This document shows positions 55,201 through 62,200 of a stretch of DNA of 64,000 nt, piece after piece. The stretch comes from an uncultured Bacillota bacterium (GTDB lineage: Bacteria; Bacillota_I; Bacilli_A; RF39; UBA660). The DNA lies in NCBI GenBank assembly GCA_900317975.1, contig ONIZ01000001.1:135479-199478 (forward strand), given 5' to 3'. The notes below the pieces were generated by a model that did no database searches, was not told the DNA's origin, and saw only the letters and a program-made list of their open reading frames with translations. Position 1 is the stretch's first letter. Every line of letters starts with the position of its first letter. The position numbers and the translations under genes were made by a program.

Positions 55201-57555
55201 AAATGCTTTAAGACCACTGAATATTTGTCCATTGATCATGCTAAATAATAAGAACGGAGCAACTACTAATGCTTCAAATGTCATTAACAATAGACCAAAT
55301 GCTAATGCATTGACAACAAATTTACCACCACCCATTTCTATGAATAATGCACCAATTGAAAGTACTATAGTACAAACTATTATTAATGAGGTAAATTCAG
55401 TTATTGATCTATCTACACCATCTGAATACTGAGAATATAGAATGAATGGAGCAATGACTAATGCCTCAAATGCCATTAATACTAAGCCAAATTTCAAAGC
55501 ATTTTCAACCATCTTACCATTACTCATACTCATAAACAAAGCACCAACCAATAAGATAGTTGTACATGTTATAAGGAATGAGTTGAAATCTCTTAATGTT
55601 GGGAACAACTTATTTGCTTCATTTTTGAATATCATGAATGGTAATACTACTAATGCTTCAAATATCATTAGAACAACACCAAACTTCAATGCATTCTTGA
55701 CAAGTGCTCCATTACTTAATCCCATGAACAAAGCACCAATGAGCATTACCATTGTACAAGTAACAACAAATGAATTTAGATCTTTTAGTCCCTTTATTGC
55801 ATCTGAACTGTATTTCTTAAACAATAATATTGGGGCAATTATTAATGATTCAAATACGGCTAATGTTACGCCAAACAATAATGCATTTTCAACAAACTTA
55901 CCACCACCCATCATCATAAATAATGCACCAATTGACATTACAATAGTAGAAGTTATCATGAATGAGTTAAGTCCTTCTATTGTTACCAATGATTCTTTGA
56001 TTTCCTTTTGATGATTATTTACATCTACAGCAGTTTCAACAATTGTATGATTAACATTTTTGATTTTTTGTGCAGCTGCTTCCGCTTGATCTGCTGACTG
56101 CCCAAGAACACTTATCTTTTGAATCATTTCATTGAACAAATCAATATTTTCTTTCAATGATTTGACATTTTCTTTGTCAAAATCAAAGAATGTTTGAATA
56201 ATGTTCATGAAATTCGTCAACGCTTTAACAGTTTTCTTGTCATCACTTAACTTAACTAATTTCAAAAGACTATCAAGTGCATCATCATTTAATCCTGATA
56301 TAATAAGTTCAACTTGCATCTTTTGATCAGGTAATTTGTTCTTAAGAAGTGACTTATTTGCCTTTATTAGATCTCCAATACTTGTCTTTAGATCATTAAC
56401 AATTGTCTTAAATTCAGGATCAACATTAGTTGTAACTGTATTAGGAATTAGTTCATCAAACTTTAAAGTCTTTAGATTCTCTAAATTGTCATTTAATGTT
56501 GATAAATTAGCTGAAATATTAGATAAAAAGTTTAAACCAACAAGTGAGTCATTATACATTTTTAATTTATCAATAAATGTTGTTATTGTTTGAATATAAC
56601 TATCATATGCCGGTTGAACTAACTTATCTAATAATGTCTGATTATTAATATTAATTTTCTCAATTAAGCTTTCTGATATTGTTTTATTTATATCATTTAA
56701 TGATTTTATAATATTATTAATAATATTTTGATCAATAACAGCTGATTTATTAGTTTCATCATTATTTATCGGTTTTATATTATTGAATTGATTAAAAAAC
56801 TTTGACAAATTAAATGAACTTAAAGCTGTACATAATGTATCTATCTTATTATTAATATCATTTAATTTTTGTTCACTATTTTTAAATAAATCTTTAATAT
56901 CTAATACTTTTAGTAATTGATTAATTCCTTGAATATGTTTATCACTGATTGTAGTTAAACCGTCAATACTATTCTTTAATGTATCAATATGTGTTATAAT
57001 TTCTGGGTCTATTATACCTGTTGATACATTAGAAGATACATCTGGCTGTTCTAACTTTTTATTTAATATTTGTTCAAATTGAGTATAATTACTTGCTATA
57101 GCATTAAGACTATTAACTAAATTACTATTTAATGCTTGTATTGATTCGGTATTTGTACTCATTAGTTTACCAAATTCTACAAATGATGTATTAATAAACT
57201 TATCTAATGATGAATCAATACTATTTACAGCTGATTTAATAGTCTTTCCATCATCCTTTGAACCAATAGCATCTTTAATCTCATCTAATAAAGAATATAT
57301 AGAATTATTATTTCCTAATATTGAAGTTCCACCCGCCTTCTGCTTTGATTTGTTTCCTAAATCTGTTGGGTTCTTAACCTGATCATCACCAACATAGAAA
57401 CTAGCCATTGTTTTACTAATTCCTTCTGATAAGTTTTGAAGAAGATCTTTTATTGTTGCTTCTACACCAGGTATAGCTCCAGCTTTTATAATTTCTTCTG
57501 GATTTCCCGCTCTTTTATTTCCAAATCTTGAAGTATTATTTTCTTTCTTGGCCAT
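49258..57555 (-). CDS. giant tape-measure-like protein (2765 aa): N-terminal coiled coil, a long multi-helix hydrophobic array, eight soluble repeats, and a basic G/P-rich tail
   Basis: Assigned from its size, extended heptad-like low-complexity sequence, internal tandem repeats and tail-module context. Confidence 0.65.
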   Translation of the reverse strand: MAKKENNTSRFGNKRAGNPEEIIKAGAIPGVEATIKDLLQNLSEGISKTMASFYVGDDQVKNPTDLGNKSKQKAGGTSILGNNNSIYSLLDEIKDAIGSKDDGKTIKSAVNSIDSSLDKFINTSFVEFGKLMSTNTESIQALNSNLVNSLNAIASNYTQFEQILNKKLEQPDVSSNVSTGIIDPEIITHIDTLKNSIDGLTTISDKHIQGINQLLKVLDIKDLFKNSEQKLNDINNKIDTLCTALSSFNLSKFFNQFNNIKPINNDETNKSAVIDQNIINNIIKSLNDINKTISESLIEKININNQTLLDKLVQPAYDSYIQTITTFIDKLKMYNDSLVGLNFLSNISANLSTLNDNLENLKTLKFDELIPNTVTTNVDPEFKTIVNDLKTSIGDLIKANKSLLKNKLPDQKMQVELIISGLNDDALDSLLKLVKLSDDKKTVKALTNFMNIIQTFFDFDKENVKSLKENIDLFNEMIQKISVLGQSADQAEAAAQKIKNVNHTIVETAVDVNNHQKEIKESLVTIEGLNSFMITSTIVMSIGALFMMMGGGKFVENALLFGVTLAVFESLIIAPILLFKKYSSDAIKGLKDLNSFVVTCTMVMLIGALFMGLSNGALVKNALKFGVVLMIFEALVVLPFMIFKNEANKLFPTLRDFNSFLITCTTILLVGALFMSMSNGKMVENALKFGLVLMAFEALVIAPFILYSQYSDGVDRSITEFTSLIIVCTIVLSIGALFIEMGGGKFVVNALAFGLLLMTFEALVVAPFLLFSMINGQIFSGLKAFNSVIVSCTIILLVGALFMELKGGKYVKAALEFTGLLMLFEAGVIAPFLLFNLVKGTALASLKTFALFMFTTTTCLLVGSLFMSMKNGMMAKYALDYTKLLALFIVGVIAATKPINSLLKSSTAAQMEQFSLFLAVCTGCLVMGATFIKKFGALAAIEYATVLLGFIKYMGKVSETIIELFNKKTLDSLKPFSIFLATMHGILTTGILFTKKYGVLAGAEYAAVFDGFIAGMGLASKRITDGFDKRALDSLKPFSLFVAVMHGILLTGTAYMKTANAWGSAILYAGLITAFVDMMLIPIAAIQAIKTLSVMGISKGGIAGSLTSATKGSGLMGFMLFVGAMHFIILSGATFMSQYGPLVVGGYAALLAGFTWSIIAIMKTLDEHQKDVQEGAKTLALISGSLLIFAGVVKAIDEMFPFEDPTEALVLVKVAVMTALMFALGKFYELLTGKSKISLKEKEVREASIIIGEISLSLGVFSGVVWLIDQMKIGFDTVAKVGLMELIMVGTLKLMSLAAKGIDKTDMLLANGILILMSLTLAIYGSSLFYLNSLFNEISFGEFFANMALFVASVGAYGAFFWAIGSLVANPLIGIPVAAGGATLIAMGEILFIYGSSIAYVNDIMKKHGNTITDSINKLSLTVTNKDPKAGSMLKLFEGISKIAPIAVATAFSVIPIRRTIRGITDTVSMMAEAVKSIQNIDLKSGIDTISSNIENFMNIPNKVSMPSDSEIANAVGNNWIGKAIGKVVGAGKMEMKLLYLMSISRKIAYITGTVGKSIYEIAKLQIPAEWDEKGNIVRYRQLRETDFDLAGQHVGTILTTMVKELNKVYTELEGSGFSFANSFVLGLIGEDPLSRIMNLSMKVSKVISSVGEAVGNIAQLQIPIEWNDQGKPISFRQLRKKDFTDAGTNITTVLTTMFTTLGKIASGEFLNDNNSGISKAEWDNLLAGDSNGLFGLGATKSKISQVIDLSFRISELIGNVGQGIKDIAKLQIPIDWDDKGHPTEYKTLNSNDFNDMGKSVGNILTAVISSLANLYYKPIDGEDGITVGSLFDGNDGVFGIGKKNSKIGTVVETSFKVSELIANVGKGIKDIAKLQVPNDWDDKGHPISYVDVTPEDFRASGEAIGSIITSILDSLVKYAGDERFTDGTMKTVLESIMPVNELVSGMADGIIKLANNQIPYKWDPKTGKPIEFREMKEDDYKNAAINVAAIAIGIGKALVDTFSKNPYKQFLFTADNQPTGNLKEVVDSVSGISKIVSNTTDAIVKIANALVPSHYDPKTGQPDKWEKLNMTEIQTALSTTIKQIVTSVSTTLIGVVEKNPHLFKEGKDSLFGQAVSSISGITKIVANIVDSVVKIGTAQIPKKINDQGQVIEYEKINIKTVIDNIKKTIPDMITSIGKSLISSYDTLQKQQIDQKLPGILHVNDSINKIIKKSANTLKEIAEMKIANGYDKDGNAKGYISFKEDQITQAKSKARHIISSLLTIFDEDTAKNEKAIAIDDVTLKNLINTSAQIQSAITEITTTIKSVINSFKPILENTDVISQLFKYKQQSKANIESTIGLFADIHDIFISFVKLQDLISGQSADQTIKQLYNENVRKQNEESNQIIVNSLQDVADTVQEIIDISAEIIDSYTGKIDLAKINYIKDNKKGTNIITDILEKFYDPILTLFRTWEADNSLLKNVLIDINTVNATLNTLLTGIKLSVNKNTIDSINNFKAAIDQIVVTMENSKKIEPTIISALQQNLTNLAKVFDIDIETSWGKTNLDIVSESLGKYIDTVIRFNPMALMNASTLRISIEQIYSSMSSQKSTNTFKANTDLLAKYVKTINSIDLRRTNALTQLVRELNELAKKMGNLDNLTDALANRLSYVLNELANRLEESKETINKADEIQIRRHSKITEAIKNVQTLIQQPLNIVVKSQAPDDTPNPDNGDEGGDTGGSTPGNPIKVVPPNNPNGQGGTTPDSAKQAQDANKYNIKNKANGQGKH
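50761..52953 (-). repeat. eight tandem coding repeats of 82 to 110 aa
   Basis: Anchor IAKLQIPxxWDxKGxPxxYxxLxxxDF occurs at about aa 1565, 1661, 1771 and 1875. Degenerate copies occur at 1957, 2051, 2140 and 2225. Confidence 0.75.
54046..55971 (-). repeat. about ten tandem coding copies of a 62 to 65-aa two-helix hydrophobic hairpin module
   Basis: Modules start at aa 529, 593, 657, 721, 785, 849, 914, 976 and 1038, with a less regular copy at 1117. Example: LNSFxxTxTxVMxIGALFMxxxxGKxVENALKFGxVLMxFEALVxAPFxLF. Confidence 0.8.
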
Positions 57556-57596
57556 AGTTAAAATTTTCTAAATCAATATTGAAATATATTATTCTA

Positions 57597-57613
57597 TATA
57601 TAATTAAAAATAA
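57597..57613 (-). promoter_or_regulatory. motif A, copy 6
   Basis: Exact 17-mer, 41 nt upstream of the ATG at 57555. Confidence 0.5.
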
Positions 57614-57647
57614 CTTTATTATATAAATTTTATTGAAATTTTCTTAT

Positions 57648-57671
57648 AATGAACTATATTTATAATATAAA
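57648..57671 (+). promoter_or_regulatory. motif B, copy 5
   Basis: aatgaACTATatttataatataaa, about 15 nt upstream of the ATG at 57686. Confidence 0.45.
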
Positions 57672-57685
57672 AAATTAAAGTATAT

Positions 57686-58057
57686 ATGAAGAAAAATTTT
57701 TCAGATTTTGAGTTGCATTTGGTTTCAAAAGTGCTTGGTCCACAGTTTAAGGTAAGATTTAATAAATGTGGTAATATTACAGTTGAGCATGCTACACCAT
57801 CACGAGAATTTTGGACATTATATTATGTTAATCATAATTATCTTTGGAGAAAACATGATGGATATGGTTATTGTTATCCTTTGCACATGATAAATAGACA
57901 CCGAATAGGTCCCATTCAGAAGTATGTATCATGTGGAAAGACTTATTATTGTTGTCAAAGAGAATTCAATATCAAATGGTGTGAGTTCTATAGTTTCAAT
58001 AATGCCCTTGAATATTTTGTAAATTATCTTAATAAGTATAGACATATCAAAGTATGA
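57686..58057 (+). CDS. hypothetical Cys-rich protein
   Basis: 123-aa ORF. Confidence 0.5.
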   Translation: MKKNFSDFELHLVSKVLGPQFKVRFNKCGNITVEHATPSREFWTLYYVNHNYLWRKHDGYGYCYPLHMINRHRIGPIQKYVSCGKTYYCCQREFNIKWCEFYSFNNALEYFVNYLNKYRHIKV

Positions 58058-58542
58058 ACAAGAATCATTTTAAGTATTACATTTATACCCGTTATGAGTA
58101 TTATTCACCATCAGGAAAGACCTTTACAGATTGGTTTATAGATAGTGAGGGATATACTGATAAGAATAAAGCCGATGAATATTTGAAGAAGCAGAAAGAG
58201 CTGGGAAAGGCTACATTCAAAAGTACTAAGCTTAAGCATGAATATGAACTTAGATATCAGGATGAGACACTTGTTGTCCAAAGAAGATTGCATCGCCCAA
58301 AAGGTCGTCCAAAGAAGACAGACAAAGAATATTTAGACAAAATCATAAAAGAATTGAATAAAAGTGGTAGTATTGTTATAAATAATGATGTAAAGAACTA
58401 TATTTATAATAACAAGGAAGAAAACCAATATATTGAAGAACATATCAAAGACAAAACAAAGTATTTGAGATATTGGTATGATGAAGAAGGAATATTGACA
58501 TTATTTTTGAAAGATAGAGAGACAGAAAAGGTATATGATTAA
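58054..58542 (+). CDS. hypothetical protein with an AT-hook-like motif
   Basis: HRPKGRPKKT. ATGA start/stop overlap with the upstream gene. Confidence 0.5.
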   Translation: MNKNHFKYYIYTRYEYYSPSGKTFTDWFIDSEGYTDKNKADEYLKKQKELGKATFKSTKLKHEYELRYQDETLVVQRRLHRPKGRPKKTDKEYLDKIIKELNKSGSIVINNDVKNYIYNNKEENQYIEEHIKDKTKYLRYWYDEEGILTLFLKDRETEKVYD

Positions 58543-58564
58543 TTATTATATATAAAAGAAAACT

Positions 58565-58831
58565 ATGGGAAAATATAATGAGATTAAAGATAATTTTGTG
58601 AACAACTTCTTTGATAAGATCTTTACACATTCTACAGTTTCAGTAAAGAAGCATATATTTGAGAAAATGAGAGAATATTGTCCATTTGATATTATGCCAT
58701 CATCAGATTTCAATACATTACGAATTGACTTAGGAGATGATATTGTATTAAGTTTTAATATTGAATGGAATGAACGAGAGACAAATCACGGACATATATA
58801 TACATTAAACAGAGTATACTATGACAATTAA
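58565..58831 (+). CDS. hypothetical protein
   Basis: 88-aa ORF. Confidence 0.45.
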   Translation: MGKYNEIKDNFVNNFFDKIFTHSTVSVKKHIFEKMREYCPFDIMPSSDFNTLRIDLGDDIVLSFNIEWNERETNHGHIYTLNRVYYDN

Positions 58832-59207
58832 ATTTAAAAGTAAATCAATAAAAGAAAAGGATGCTGTTACATATGATCCTGAACAGTTTCAAGATGTTGG
58901 TGTATTGACTGTTGGAAATGAATATATCTTTCCTATGAAGAAAGTGGAAGAGAATTCAAATGTTGCTTTCATTGGATATATTGGACAAACAGAAACATTA
59001 GTCATTCAATATAAAGCAATGAAGAAGACACCAGATGGATATGATATTGGATTTAGGACAGAAAATGTTGGATTCTTTTATCATAATGTTCCTGAAAATG
59101 TTTGGAAAAATTTAGTGAAAGCAAAATCAAAATCAAACTATATCAATAAGAACATTAAGAAAAACTACCTATTTCACACGGAACAAATAGAAAATGGAGA
59201 TCATTAA
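58821..59207 (+). CDS. KTSC-domain-like protein
   Basis: VAFIGYIGQTETLVIQYK ... FFYHNVPENVWKNLVKAKSKSNYINKNIKKNY matches the KTSC pattern (igY ... tL ... Y.Y..VP..v...l..a.S.G.y.n..I). Confidence 0.5.
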   Translation: MTIKFKSKSIKEKDAVTYDPEQFQDVGVLTVGNEYIFPMKKVEENSNVAFIGYIGQTETLVIQYKAMKKTPDGYDIGFRTENVGFFYHNVPENVWKNLVKAKSKSNYINKNIKKNYLFHTEQIENGDH

Positions 59208-59219
59208 GATCTCCATTTT
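59191..59219. terminator. bidirectional terminator
   Basis: Perfect 12-bp stem, aaaatggagatc (59191..59202) with gatctccatttt (59208..59219). The loop attaa contains the stop codon. Confidence 0.7.
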
Positions 59220-59233
59220 TGTATGTATATAAT

Positions 59234-62200
59234 TTAGAATTCACTTTCAGCTTCTTGTATTTTAGTTGTAAAATTAGACCATGATGGATGATTCTTATAA
59301 ACTTCTTCACACCCAGGTTCCACATATATTTTTTGAATATGTTCTGATATTTCTATTGAACCATTATATATTGTATTACCATCTGATTCAACTGCTTGTG
59401 GTGGTACTTTTGCTCTAATACGTATAGTTTTTAATTTATCATTATAAGTTAAACCGGAATAATAATAAATTTTTTCTATGTTTGATCCTAATGTTAGTCT
59501 TTCTAGATCTGGCATATTCCATATTGCATTATGTCCAATATATTTTACATGATTGCCAGTATCAAGAAATGGTAATTTAGCAACAGAACAGAAAATATGA
59601 TCAGCAAAATCTTCAACTGTATTTGGAATAGCTGTATTTGCGCATCCACGAACCATAGTATTCTTTAAATATACATGATTACCATATACAAGATGTTCTT
59701 TATTTAAATCATCATTAGTCAATATAATAGCATTACAATTACCCCTTGAATCAAACCATTCATTGTCAGGATGAACTTTAAATGTCGTTATCATCGATGC
59801 GCTTTCGGCAAATGCAATATTTATTTTTGAAACTGTTGAAGAAATATATATTTCACACCCATTTGGATTACTAATTCCATTAAATGTGCTATTATTAATT
59901 TCTTGTATATTTGTTCCGATAATTATTTTTCTAATATTTTGTTGTGTAACTTTATAAGTAATAGCATCTTGATCATTTGATCTTGAATCTTTAATATTAT
60001 TTCCAAATAAATTACTAGAACTAATTTTGTTTAATTGTTGAGATTGCCCAGATTGTGGATTAATATATATTTCTTTTATTTCTCCATCAATTTCTGCATA
60101 TATTCGTGTTTCTGGAATCTCTTCCCAATATTCATCTTCAATAGGAATAAAATAATCTTTTTCAATTTCTTTATCATCTAATACTGGATATAGATTGTCT
60201 TCATATTCTTTGTTTATTCTAAAGTTTCCTATTGTTCTATATTCATAGTTATTCAATCCATCAATAGTATAGTTCAATAATACATTATAGTATCCTTTAG
60301 TATACATATTATTGTAGTTATTATTTTGAATAATCATAATATTTGGATTAGCATTTACCTTAGTAATGTTCTGTAGATCATTTATATGCTTTATCTCCCA
60401 TTTTTCATGAAGATCAATATTGAACAATTGGTTGTCATTAGTCAAAGTAACAATAACTAGATCATCATCATTGAAGTGATTCATACCATTTGCTTTGATA
60501 ATGTCCATTCTATTTACTAAAGGTTTCTCAAGACTAAATCCGCTATATTTGATTGAATAGTTTGTATATGTATATTCTGATTGATGTATCTTCAGTTCTT
60601 CTTCAGTATTATAATATACAGGATATCTAGAAATAAGTACTATATACCAATATGTAGGGTGTTTTAAGTCACCAGGTTTTAATGCACCTTCTAAATTTCT
60701 ATTATGCTCATCAATATCATTTTTAGTATAATATATTGGTTCTATTTTCCAATCATCTATAGTCTTTTCATATGCATCATCTCCTTCTTGGGCATTATCA
60801 ATTTCTTCTTGAGTATAATGTTCACCATCTACTTTAATTGTTCCATATTGTAATGCACCAGAAAGTTTAAGATTATTTTCATTTATTTCTATAATATTAT
60901 ATTCTTCATATTCATCATGCATTAGATAAGCATCATAGTCAGGAATCTCATTTATCTGTATAGCAAACTCATATGAATGCAATTCTGGGAATAGTAATGT
61001 ATAAAGTTCAATGTTCTTTGGATTATTATCATATTCAAGTTTCACATCATCTTTATACAGCTCAAATATATGGATCTTGTTATAGTATTTCTTATTATAA
61101 GGTATTGTTATCTTTCCTCTATAATATTGACTATAGAACTCTCTCATTAACTGTTTGTCATATAATTCTTGAAGTTCTTGTCTTTTCTGTTCTATTTCTT
61201 CTGTTTCAATAGATAAGTTATCAATTTCCTTTTGTGTCTCTTCAATTGATGCATCATATATTGTCTTAAGTTTTTCTAAGAATGACAATACCTTTTTGTT
61301 CTGACCATCTACTTCAATCATAAGATTATTTGTTTCATCATTTTTGTCTATTAAGAACAGACTATTGATAGATACTAGATCAGGTTGATACATAAATGAA
61401 TTGAAATGTATGTCATTACCATTTATTGATAATATTTGCTTAAACATTGTCTTATTGTCTTTCAAGAAATACCTGTAATAAAGTTTACCGAATTCCAGAT
61501 AGATATTAGGCTTCTTTACAGTAAATACATATTCAAACCATTTGTTGTTTACAAGCATATTGATCTTAAACTCACATTTTAACCAGTCAATATTTTTCTT
61601 GAACAGTCTTGGTACTAATATGAGATTTCTATAATATTCATTAATGTTTTGATAGAAATTGAATTTGTCATCATCAATAAGAATACCATAGTCAATAGCA
61701 TAGAGATTTGAATCACTTATAAACTTAAGTTGTCCATCATATATAATATAGTTATTTGAACTGTCTTCTAATCCAAACTTATTATATAACTTATCAACAT
61801 ATATGTAGTTATCATCAATCAATGCATATTTTCTATAGTTGTTTGTGGCAAGTAATGAATCAATATCAGCATAGACTCCATATTTGTCAACATATTCTTG
61901 CAATACTTCTTTATATGGTCTTCTATATGTATATGATAGTATAAGATAACAACGGAAATAATATGAGCTAATGTCTACATATCTATTAGATGCATTTAGA
62001 CGTGTTGGCTCATCGTATTTTGATAATTTGTAATGAGTAGCATATTCTGGTAATGTCTCTCTATATTCATCATTTTCATCTTTACCCAGATATTGAAGAG
62101 GCTTGAGATGAACACTATCAATTAGTATATATTCTCCCTTGTCATATTGTGTATATCTTGAGTCTACTTTGATGATCTTTATTGGAATAGTTATACAATT

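Noticed and set aside
49261-56593. Many plus-strand ORFs inside the tape-measure-like gene (for example 54938..55432 and 55442..56011) and inside the giant fibre (40358.., 43271.., 46288..)
   Set aside because: They are antisense to long, repeat-structured and clearly coding minus-strand ORFs. They arise because stop codons are scarce opposite biased codon usage.
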